Below are positions 22,746 through 30,526 of a DNA stretch of 30,677 bases, piece after piece. The stretch comes from Candidatus Micrarchaeia archaeon. GTDB lineage: Archaea > Micrarchaeota > Micrarchaeia > Anstonellales > Anstonellaceae. The position numbers and the translations under genes were made by a program. Where the stretch lies: assembly GCA_041671345.1 (NCBI GenBank), contig JBAZBT010000001.1, forward strand, positions 1 through 30,677, written 5' to 3'. Under the pieces are notes generated by a model. That model was not told where the DNA came from and searched no databases. It saw only the letters and a list, made by a program, of their open reading frames with translations. Each line of letters starts with the position of its first letter. Within the stretch, counting starts at the first letter, position 1.

Positions 22746-23720
22746 ATGTTTTACCCTATGCGCTCTGGCAAGCCGCCCAAGCCCAATGCACGGCTGGAAA
22801 GGGAGCGTCTCCTGCGGGACAAGCTCGAAGAGTGCGAGGGCGCATTCCCAAGCCTCACCCCTGAAATGCGCAAATGGTTCAATTATTACCGGCAAGGCAA
22901 AGGGTTCGAGCAGCTGCCTGAAGACATGCAACGGGCGATGCGGAGGCTCAACAGCAGGCTGAAAAACGAGTTTGGCGCCCGGCTTCCCCGTTCCAGCCCA
23001 GAATCCGCAGCCGACGGCTCCTGGCTCGCAGACGGCGCCGCCTGCAGCAAAGCGAGGAACAGGCCGGCTGGCGCGCCATATGACAAGGAGATGGCGGCAA
23101 TCGTGAAGGCGGACGTCGTCGCATTCAGCTCCGAAATCACAAATTACTGGGCAAAGCTCCTCCTGGACCATGGCGCATTCCAGGGCGGGAACAGGCGCGC
23201 GCCGTCCATGGATTCGGAAAGCGAAGATGAAAAAAGGCTGGCGTACGGGCATGGCTGCTGCCTCAAGCTTGCAATGCAGGGCAAGCTTCCCTTTGAAACC
23301 GAGCTTATCCTCAAGAGATTCACCCCCGACTTCGACCTTGTCGGGCTATGGGCGCAAAGGCTGGAGATGCGCGGGGGCATCATGGCGGAAACCGGCAGCA
23401 TCCCCTCCATTTCCATCGCATCGCAGCGCAACCTTTCCTTTTGGCTATACACCGTGTCCAACCTCATTGCCGACGGCAGGCTGCCAACGGCGGCGGCATG
23501 GCTATCCGAGAACTTCAAGCCCATCTGCGCGCTTCAGGGGTATTTGGCATTTGCCCGGTCAATCGGCGGCGAGGAAAACATCCGGCCCGATTTGGGCATC
23601 CACGAGGCAACCCGCCTGTCCGCCTGGCGGGAAGAAATGCGGGCCCTCCATGCCGAAGGCGGGCTCTCCCCGCACGTTATCGTGCAAATGAAGGACAGCA
23701 CCAAAATCCTGGGCGACTGA
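22746..23720 (+). CDS. hypothetical protein with about 3 degenerate helicase-associated (HA)-like repeats
   Basis: W...G..P......L..W......G.L pattern, e.g. WAQRLE...ETGSIPS...RNLSFWL...DGRL and RLSAWREEMRALHAEGGLS; TTTAAC at about 22715-22720. Confidence 0.6.
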   Translation: MFYPMRSGKPPKPNARLERERLLRDKLEECEGAFPSLTPEMRKWFNYYRQGKGFEQLPEDMQRAMRRLNSRLKNEFGARLPRSSPESAADGSWLADGAACSKARNRPAGAPYDKEMAAIVKADVVAFSSEITNYWAKLLLDHGAFQGGNRRAPSMDSESEDEKRLAYGHGCCLKLAMQGKLPFETELILKRFTPDFDLVGLWAQRLEMRGGIMAETGSIPSISIASQRNLSFWLYTVSNLIADGRLPTAAAWLSENFKPICALQGYLAFARSIGGEENIRPDLGIHEATRLSAWREEMRALHAEGGLSPHVIVQMKDSTKILGD

Positions 23721-23828
23721 ACATTTTTTTCGCCGCCTTCGGCTTGCCGCCCCCATGCTGCTCGGCAGCCGGCTGGCCGCCCATCGGCAACCTGCTGATT
23801 TATTAACTCTTTGAACACTTTTTACAAC

Positions 23829-24230
23829 ATGAAAAAGTTCAACCTAGTGCCCTCATTCCAGTGGGTTTCGGCATCAACATTCCCATTCCAGCACGGGCGC
23901 CCCACCCCAACCTCCGGGAAGCTGGTGCGGGTCGCGCCTGAGTTCCTCAGCGTGCAGCCGCTCAAGCGGGAACCGCCCGCCCTTCTCTCGCGGCAGGAAA
24001 GCAAATGGTCCTTCACGCTCATGGGGTTTGTTGATTTCGTCTCCGGGCATGAAGGCTCGTTTCCCAGCCGCAAAAGCGCAGACAAGCACGAGCGGGACCT
24101 TGCCAATTGGTGGCGCCTCCAGGCTGAGAAGTTCAATGCTGGCAGGCTCAGCGCATACCAGGTGGGCGCGCTGGTCGACGCAGGGCTGGCTTATTACTAC
24201 AAGCCCAAGCCAGTCGCCGACCTGTTCTGA
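23829..24230 (+). CDS. stand-alone helicase-associated (HA) domain protein, 133 aa
   Basis: WSFTLMGFVDFVSGHEGSFPSRKSADKHERDLANWWRLQAEKFNAGRLSAYQVGALVDAG fits the HA-domain pattern (W...l..f...hG..P....e..L..W...Q...f..G.Ls..qi..L...G). Confidence 0.65.
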   Translation: MKKFNLVPSFQWVSASTFPFQHGRPTPTSGKLVRVAPEFLSVQPLKREPPALLSRQESKWSFTLMGFVDFVSGHEGSFPSRKSADKHERDLANWWRLQAEKFNAGRLSAYQVGALVDAGLAYYYKPKPVADLF

Positions 24231-24302
24231 TGCCTATTTTTGCGCACCCACCGCAAGCTATTTAACCTGAACTCCGTATCTTCGGTGGGAAGGGTGTTTT
24301 AC

Positions 24303-25223
24303 TTGAAAAAATCTCAGTCACAACCTCAGAACGCGCAATCGCCTGCAGTCGGGACATTCGCGGTGAAGGCAGGCCTCGCCCAGATGCTCAAGGGCGGCGT
24401 GATAATGGACGTGATAAACGCCGAACAGGCAAAGCTTGCAGAGGACGCGGGCGCTGTCGCGGTGATGGCGCTTGAAGCCGTGCCAGCGGACATCCGCCGG
24501 CTTGGCGGGGTGGCGCGCATGAGCGACCCGCGGCGCATCAGGGAGATACGGGCGGCGGTTTCCATCCCGGTCATGGCCAAATGCAGGATAGGGCATTTCG
24601 TGGAGGCGCAGGTGCTGCAGTCCCTCAAGGTGGATTACATCGACGAGAGCGAAGTGCTCACCGTCGCGGACGCGGCCCACCACATCGACAAATGGTCGTT
24701 CTCGGTGCCTTTCGTGTGCGGCTGCCGCGACCTTGGCGAGGCGCTGCGCCGCATATCCGAGGGCGCGGCGATGATAAGGACAAAGGGCGAGGCGGGCACG
24801 GGCAACATCATCGAGGCAGTGCGCCACATCAGGGCGGTGAACGAGGAAATCGCCGGCCTGAAGGGCATGGGCAGGAAGGATTTGGTGCGGGCCGCGCACG
24901 ACATGCGCGTGCCGGCATCGCTTGTGGAAAAGGTGGCGCAGCTGGGCAGGCTGCCCGTGGTGAATTTCGCGGCAGGCGGGATAGCGACGCCTGCTGATGC
25001 CGCGCTTTGCATGCAGCTTGGCGTGGACGGCGTGTTCGTGGGCAGCGGGATATTCAAGTCGTCCGACCCAGAGAGGCGCGCGCAGGCGATTGTGGACGCG
25101 GTTGCGCACTACGACGAGCCTGACAAGATATGCGCAGCGTCCGAAGGCTTGGGCAAGCCCATGGACAGCATGGACGTCAACACCCTCAAGCCGGAAGAGA
25201 GGCTTTCCAGGCGAGGCATCTGA
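24303..25223 (+). CDS. pdxS: pyridoxal 5'-phosphate synthase lyase subunit
   Basis: [58 protein letters not shown]; likely TTG start at 24303. Confidence 0.96.
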   Translation: MKKSQSQPQNAQSPAVGTFAVKAGLAQMLKGGVIMDVINAEQAKLAEDAGAVAVMALEAVPADIRRLGGVARMSDPRRIREIRAAVSIPVMAKCRIGHFVEAQVLQSLKVDYIDESEVLTVADAAHHIDKWSFSVPFVCGCRDLGEALRRISEGAAMIRTKGEAGTGNIIEAVRHIRAVNEEIAGLKGMGRKDLVRAAHDMRVPASLVEKVAQLGRLPVVNFAAGGIATPADAALCMQLGVDGVFVGSGIFKSSDPERRAQAIVDAVAHYDEPDKICAASEGLGKPMDSMDVNTLKPEERLSRRGI

Positions 25224-25225
25224 TT

Positions 25226-25819
25226 ATGGCCAATCCCGAACGAATGAAAAAAATCGGAGTGCTCTCATTGCAGGGCGGGGTGGAGGAGCACATCAACGCG
25301 CTTCTCTCAGCCTCTGCAAAATGCTCGCTGCCGGTCCAGGTGGTGGAAGTCCGCTCGCAAGAGGACGCCGAAGGGCTTGACGGGATAATATTGCCCGGCG
25401 GCGAGTCCACATCGATTGGCCGTCTCATGGAGCGCGAGGGGCTGTTCCCGGGCATATTGCGCGTGCGGAAAATATTCGGCACGTGCGCCGGCGCCATCAT
25501 GCTTGCAAAGAACGTGGAGGGCGCGGTGCCGGGGCAGCGCTTCCTCTCGCTCATGGACATAACGGCCTCGCGCAACGCATACGGCTCGCAGCTCTCATCG
25601 TTCGAGGCGCGCCTCACCACGGTGTTCGGCACCATAAACGGCGTGTTCATCCGCGCGCCCAAAATCGCGCCCACATCCAAGGACTGCCAGCCCATGGCGT
25701 TCCACGGCGAAGAAATAGTCGCGGCATACCAGAAGAAGGGCGAGCGCCATTTCCTCGCGTCCTCGTTCCACCCCGAGCTCACCACGACGAAATTCCACGA
25801 GTTCTTCCTTAAACTCTAG
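25226..25819 (+). CDS. pdxT: PLP synthase glutaminase subunit
   Basis: IGVLSLQG, LPGGEST, GTCAG, RNAYGSQ, FIRAP, SFHPEL. Confidence 0.95.
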   Translation: MANPERMKKIGVLSLQGGVEEHINALLSASAKCSLPVQVVEVRSQEDAEGLDGIILPGGESTSIGRLMEREGLFPGILRVRKIFGTCAGAIMLAKNVEGAVPGQRFLSLMDITASRNAYGSQLSSFEARLTTVFGTINGVFIRAPKIAPTSKDCQPMAFHGEEIVAAYQKKGERHFLASSFHPELTTTKFHEFFLKL

Positions 25820-25883
25820 CTTTTCCATCTTTTACCACTCTATTTAAATACTTTTTGTGCCACAATGAATAACGGGTGGTGCT

Positions 25884-26546
25884 TTGAACTTCAAAACCTT
25901 TATTGAAAAATTCAAGCCGAAAAGCAAGGAACAGCGCGAGCTTGAGCTCCGCAAGGGCGACTTCTCTGAAAAAGGCCTGAAGAACGCGCTTGACAAGGCC
26001 TTCCAGAGGATGCAGGAAAGCGGAGTGGATCGTGTTGTGCTCAGCGCCGTCCCGCTTCCGGCCAATGAGCCGTCGAGCGGGGAGAAGCACCCGGGCAATT
26101 ATTACCCCGCGGAATCGCTTACTTCTGTTGAACGCCCATATATCAAGGAAAGCGAGCACAAGCCATACCAAGTGGTTGCATTGCTTGCGGATGGCGCAGA
26201 AAAGCTTTCTGGCAACTCTATAGAAGTCGTTGACAGGGTGCCATTCTTTGTCTTCAGCCTTGTCGAGCCGCATAGGTTTTCCAAAGCCAGGACAGTTTTC
26301 AACGGCGAGCAGGAGATAGATGCATTCGTCAAAATTGCCAGCGTGCAAAAAGGGATTTCGGCAGGCGCCACACTCGCGGCAGTCGAGCCGCAGATAGCGG
26401 AGTACAAGCAGATAACAACCCGGCTCTTTGAGAAGTCAGGCGTCTACGAGGCGGTGGAAAAGCTTGCTGCGCGCGAATTTGCCAACGAAACAGACAAGTT
26501 TCTGTTTAGCATAAGGGAAGCCATTGCTTCTGCGAAGAAGGATTAA
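25884..26546 (+). CDS. hypothetical protein, 220 aa
   Basis: ORF with TATTTAAATA at about 25842-25851 and a TTG start; no recognisable motif. Confidence 0.6.
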   Translation: MNFKTFIEKFKPKSKEQRELELRKGDFSEKGLKNALDKAFQRMQESGVDRVVLSAVPLPANEPSSGEKHPGNYYPAESLTSVERPYIKESEHKPYQVVALLADGAEKLSGNSIEVVDRVPFFVFSLVEPHRFSKARTVFNGEQEIDAFVKIASVQKGISAGATLAAVEPQIAEYKQITTRLFEKSGVYEAVEKLAAREFANETDKFLFSIREAIASAKKD

Positions 26547-26548
26547 GC

Positions 26549-26583
26549 CTGCGTCCCCTTCGCGCAGTCGTTGCAGACAAAGC
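26549..26583 (-). repeat. displaced copy of the Zn-finger gene 3' end (direct repeat 1)
   Basis: 34/35 identical to 27347-27381; reads FVCNDCAKGTQ, then A and a TAA stop at 26543-26545. Confidence 0.95.
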
Positions 26584-26598
26584 TCCAAGGGGAGTCCC

Positions 26599-27303
26599 TC
26601 AAGCTTTAGGCGTTTCTGTTATCATGTCGAATTCTTTCTCATACTTGCCTCTTAGAAATACCTCGAATATGGCGATGGCAAATGGAAGCAAGATTGCATA
26701 TGGCGCCAGCAAAACCGTTCCGGCAAGAGTCAGCTTGCCGATGAATTTTTTCAATGATCTGCCCGTGAACTGGTTGTTCTTTTTTAAAACAGCGGCATAT
26801 TCCCCCTTTCCGATGATTTTCGATGCAAGAATGTCTGTTCTTGCCTCGATTTTTCCAATAAAAACAGCAAGAAAGACGTTTACTGCCGCAATCGTGCCAA
26901 TTGCCAGCCCGGCCGATTTGGTGGCTATCGAATAAATTATAGCTGCGGCTTCCAAGGCGTATGCAAGATAGATGGTCGCCCCGAACTTTTTCACGTCTTT
27001 TTTATAGTAATGGATGAACTCATGCGCTGAAACAGCATTCACCGTGCCCTTGTCCGCAATGCCCAGATAGGGAACTGAAAAGGAAACAGCGCCTTTCCAC
27101 GTGTTGCTGGCTTGCGGAAACGGCAATTTATGCAATTCCATCCTTGGCGGGGCAATTCCAAACATTTTGGACAGCTTCCGAATCCTGTCTTCAGCCACTG
27201 CCGCATTCGCCACGGCTTTTTTAGAATAAGCCCCGCCTGTAACCGGCTCCCGAAACAAAGACTGTTTTGTTGCCCGCATAGGATGGAATCTATGCAGAAG
27301 CAT
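26599..27303 (-). CDS. M48/M56-like membrane zinc metallopeptidase (cassette cargo)
   Basis: HEFIH motif, two TM helices, then EARTD (third-ligand position); AT-richer than host genes. Confidence 0.7.
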   Translation of the reverse strand: MLLHRFHPMRATKQSLFREPVTGGAYSKKAVANAAVAEDRIRKLSKMFGIAPPRMELHKLPFPQASNTWKGAVSFSVPYLGIADKGTVNAVSAHEFIHYYKKDVKKFGATIYLAYALEAAAIIYSIATKSAGLAIGTIAAVNVFLAVFIGKIEARTDILASKIIGKGEYAAVLKKNNQFTGRSLKKFIGKLTLAGTVLLAPYAILLPFAIAIFEVFLRGKYEKEFDMITETPKA

Positions 27304-27340
27304 TTTTAAAAGTAGCCAAAAGTGGAACTGCGCGAGAGAG

Positions 27341-27481
27341 CTACTGCTGCGTCCCCTTTGCGCAGTCGTTGCAGACAAAGCCCGTCTTGCAGTTCGGCCT
27401 TCCGCAGTTGCCCTTCCCGCACGCGCGGCAGGTCTCGGTCGCAGTCCTCCCGCAAATCGCGCACAAACCAGCAATGTTCAT
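27341..27481 (-). CDS. small Cys-rich zinc-finger protein, 46 aa (absent from the ORF track)
   Basis: MNIAGLCAICGRTATETCRACGKGNCGRPNCKTGFVCNDCAKGTQQ* has three CxxC motifs plus 2 Cys; TTTAAATATA box about 30 nt upstream. Confidence 0.85.
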   Translation of the reverse strand: MNIAGLCAICGRTATETCRACGKGNCGRPNCKTGFVCNDCAKGTQQ

Positions 27482-27509
27482 AAGAATCACTTCAACGGGA
27501 ATTGGGGGG

Positions 27510-27521
27510 CTATATTTAAAA
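27510..27521. promoter_or_regulatory. shared TATA element between the divergent Zn-finger and ACT genes
   Basis: CTATATTTAAAA sits about 30 nt from ATG 27481 (-) and about 21 nt from ATG 27542 (+). Confidence 0.55.
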
Positions 27522-27541
27522 TTTGTCGCCCAACTTGGCGC

Positions 27542-27928
27542 ATGGCAGGAAAAAACCTTCTCCCCGCGCTTTCGGACGGAAAGTATTTCGTCGGCTCATT
27601 TTCCGAGGCTCAGATGATGGGGCTGGCAGGCTACCTGCAGCACATAACCTGCATCTTCCGCGAGGAAGAGGGGCTCACCGTTGTATTCTCTGGGAATGCA
27701 AAATCCGCCCTGGAAATATACACCGAGAAAAAGATGCAAGGACCGTTCGCGCTCATCACATTGCGCGCGCCAACTTCCCTTCTCGACGTTGGCATAACTG
27801 CGGCGTTCTCATCCGCGCTTGCGCGCGAAAAAATCCCGGCAAACGTGTATGCCGGCTACCACCACGACCACGTGCTTGTCCCGTACGAAAAGCGCGAGGC
27901 TGCGCTTTCGGCGCTGAAAAAATTGTAG
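27542..27928 (+). CDS. ACT-domain protein (DUF2241/CASTOR-like)
   Basis: FREEEGLTVV, LLDVGITAAFSSALAREKIPANVYAGYHHDHVLVP. Confidence 0.85.
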   Translation: MAGKNLLPALSDGKYFVGSFSEAQMMGLAGYLQHITCIFREEEGLTVVFSGNAKSALEIYTEKKMQGPFALITLRAPTSLLDVGITAAFSSALAREKIPANVYAGYHHDHVLVPYEKREAALSALKKL

Positions 27929-27937
27929 AAATAATGC

Positions 27938-28693
27938 CTAAGCGGTTTCCTGGGGGGGATTAAGCTTCTCCTCCAAGTCTGCAAGCCTGGCTAATCTCTT
28001 CTTCAAAGTAGGATGCGTGCTGAATATCGGGTGCTTTTCCCTCCACCGCAAAAATGACAGCTCGGCGCTTCCCTTCAGCGTGCCGTATCTGCCTTCCCAC
28101 AGGAACGATGCAATATATTCAATAAGCGGTTTCGCACTCCCGTTGAGCGTTGCTGCGTATTTATCGGCGCTTATTTCACATACTCTCGAAAACCATTTCC
28201 TGGCAAGCCATGCCGCCAGCATGCATGCGCCTATCGCCGGGGCTTTTTGGGCAAACGACTCAAATGCATCTGGAAAAGCTGCAAACAGCTTTAGCACGCC
28301 TGTTATTAGCAAAGTCGCAGCCGCAATCCCGAATGCTATCTTCTTCATGATGTGTTTCTTTGCAATGTGCCCCAGCTCGTGCCCGATTGCGCCCCTCACG
28401 GCGTTTTCGCTGAAGGTGCCGAGCCTTTCGCCCACAACTACTGTGGTGAACCCGGACGCGGCGCCATACGCAGAGGCTGCCCTTCTTTTACCCTCTTCCT
28501 TCCTGACATATATGCTGCTTAAGCCTGCCTTTATGATGAGCTCCCTTGCAATGTTGCCGATTTCCGCATCAGTCAGCTCTTTCTTCTGCTTTCCAATAAG
28601 CTTGGGCGGGGTGTCGCCCTTTCTTTTCCCAAAAGCTGCGCTATGCCTTTTGCTTGCAACCTGCAAGTATGGCACTAGCAATGCCTGTTTCAT
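27938..28693 (-). CDS. M48 family (HtpX-like) zinc metallopeptidase
   Basis: HELGH, EISAD, STHPTLKKR; two TM helices; own TATA (TTTAAAAA at about 28715-28722). Confidence 0.85.
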   Translation of the reverse strand: MKQALLVPYLQVASKRHSAAFGKRKGDTPPKLIGKQKKELTDAEIGNIARELIIKAGLSSIYVRKEEGKRRAASAYGAASGFTTVVVGERLGTFSENAVRGAIGHELGHIAKKHIMKKIAFGIAAATLLITGVLKLFAAFPDAFESFAQKAPAIGACMLAAWLARKWFSRVCEISADKYAATLNGSAKPLIEYIASFLWEGRYGTLKGSAELSFLRWREKHPIFSTHPTLKKRLARLADLEEKLNPPQETA

Positions 28694-28752
28694 AATTCTC
28701 TTATGCTGGCTAGACTTTTTAAATGTTGCCTAAAATGAGTTTTTGTGCCATG

Positions 28753-28800
28753 TCACTTCAGCACGCCGTAGCCCGGCAATCTCCGCCGTTGGCCAAAGCG
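28753..28800 (-). repeat. displaced, decaying copy of the aIF2gamma 3' end
   Basis: Reads RFGQRRRLPGYGVLK* versus active RLGQRWRLSGYGVLK* (29299-29346). Confidence 0.9.
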
Positions 28801-28814
28801 CCCGCCTAATCACT

Positions 28815-29264
28815 TCAGTATATGTACTCAATTTTCACTCCTGGGAAATCCTTTGCCGTGGGCACATAATCGCTCCTTACGAAGCTGACAATCCTCGTTC
28901 CATCCTTGAACTGGAAACGCATCCATGTGCTCCTCGGGCCCCTTACGGCTTGGGCCAAAGGCTGATGGAATTCCACTTTTTCCAGCCGTGCAATCAAGTA
29001 TTTTTTCGACGTCTGCGCGGCAAGCGGTTTTTTGGTCAGGAATTCGATTGTCCCACTGGCGCTTTGCACGCGGACTTCCCTTTCAGTCGCAAGATCCATC
29101 ATGGCAAATGCAATTATGGCAAAGAAAACTGCTCTAAATACTGGGGTAACCCATCCTTCCGCGGGGTCTACAAAAAAATAAAGAAGGCTGAATAAGCAGC
29201 ACGCAAGCGCTAGGGCCACTGCAACATCAAATATCCGTTGATTGGAATTTTTCCTCGCCAACAC
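28815..29264 (-). CDS. 2-TM membrane protein with beta-rich (PH-like) cytoplasmic domain (cassette cargo)
   Basis: Two hydrophobic helices followed by a beta-strand pattern; AT-richer; SD-like AGGGTGA upstream. Confidence 0.6.
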   Translation of the reverse strand: MLARKNSNQRIFDVAVALALACCLFSLLYFFVDPAEGWVTPVFRAVFFAIIAFAMMDLATEREVRVQSASGTIEFLTKKPLAAQTSKKYLIARLEKVEFHQPLAQAVRGPRSTWMRFQFKDGTRIVSFVRSDYVPTAKDFPGVKIEYIY

Positions 29265-29298
29265 AATGCAGTCTTTTTCTTTCGTGTCTTCACCCTGT

Positions 29299-30495
29299 TT
29301 ACTTCAGCACGCCGTACCCTGACAATCTCCATCTCTGCCCGAGCCTGCGCGTGATTGCCATCTTGTTGCCCTTCTCGGCGCAGACGGGGCGCTTGAGCTT
29401 CAGCGTCACCGTGGTGCCCTTGAGCTTGACAATGACGCCAAGCGTGGTCGCCGTGCCAGACGAAACCACGAGCGGCTCCGCGGCTTTCAGCGCAGGATTG
29501 TCAAAGCCTTCGCGCGCAAGCAGCTTGTAATCAAGCACAATCTCCGAAAGAATGGGCGGAAGCGTCCCCTTTTTCCCGATCAAATTCCCGACGAGGTGGT
29601 CCGACTTCGCAACCGCGGGGTCAAGCCCTGTTGCAACGCCGATGAGCCCGCCCGGGTGCGCCTCCTGCACCGACTGGCTGCCCGCCATGAGCGCGGTCAC
29701 TTTCAGGACAAGGGGCTCGGTGCTTTCCTTGTCCTTTATCTTCTTGGAAATGCCCGGGGCGATTTCAATCTCGTCGCCCACTTTCAGGGTGCCCTGTATG
29801 AGCGAGCCGCCCACCACGCCCCCCTTCAGCTTCAATATGTCCGCGCCCGGCTTGTTCACGTCGAACGAGCGCGCCACGTACATGCGCGCGGGAAGCGAGG
29901 TGTCCCTCTTCGGGGTTGGAATCGTCTTCTCAATCGCCTCGATGAGCTTGTCTATGTTCGCGTTGTAGTTTGCGGATATCGGGACAATGGGCGCGCCCTC
30001 GGCAGTGGAGCCCTTGAGGAATTTCTTTATCTGCCTGTAGTTCTCCATCGCCTTTTCCTTGTCCACCAGGTCTATCTTGTTCTGCACCACCACGACGTTT
30101 TTTATGCCGAGGATGTCCAGCACCTGCAAATGCTCCTCCGTCTGCGGCTGGGGGCAAACTTCGTTCGCGGCAATCACCAATACCGCGCCGTCCAGTATGG
30201 AAGACGCCGATATGGTGGTGGTCATGAGCGTTTCATGCCCTGGCGCGTCAAGGAAGGAAACATAGCGCGCGACTTCCCACTTGTCCTTGTCCTTTGCCGC
30301 CTCTGCCTCGGTGGCATACCCTGTGCCGTCCTTGCCCTTGTAAAAAGTCACGTCCGCGTAGCCTATCTTTATCGTGATGCCGCGCTTGAGCTCCTCGGAG
30401 TGCGTGTCCGTCCACTTGCCCGTAAGCGCGCGCGTTAAGCTAGTCTTTCCGTGGTCGACGTGCCCGACCATCCCGATGTTCACTTCAGCTTGCAT
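29299..30495 (-). CDS. eif2g: translation initiation factor 2 gamma subunit (aIF2gamma)
   Basis: VNIGMVGHVDHGKT, EELKRGITIKIGY, DAPGHE, QPQTEEH, NKID, RSFDVNKPG, GGVVGG. Confidence 0.97.
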   Translation of the reverse strand: MQAEVNIGMVGHVDHGKTSLTRALTGKWTDTHSEELKRGITIKIGYADVTFYKGKDGTGYATEAEAAKDKDKWEVARYVSFLDAPGHETLMTTTISASSILDGAVLVIAANEVCPQPQTEEHLQVLDILGIKNVVVVQNKIDLVDKEKAMENYRQIKKFLKGSTAEGAPIVPISANYNANIDKLIEAIEKTIPTPKRDTSLPARMYVARSFDVNKPGADILKLKGGVVGGSLIQGTLKVGDEIEIAPGISKKIKDKESTEPLVLKVTALMAGSQSVQEAHPGGLIGVATGLDPAVAKSDHLVGNLIGKKGTLPPILSEIVLDYKLLAREGFDNPALKAAEPLVVSSGTATTLGVIVKLKGTTVTLKLKRPVCAEKGNKMAITRRLGQRWRLSGYGVLK

Positions 30496-30526
30496 CAAAT
30501 GCCTCAATTGATTGAATCAGAAAAAA

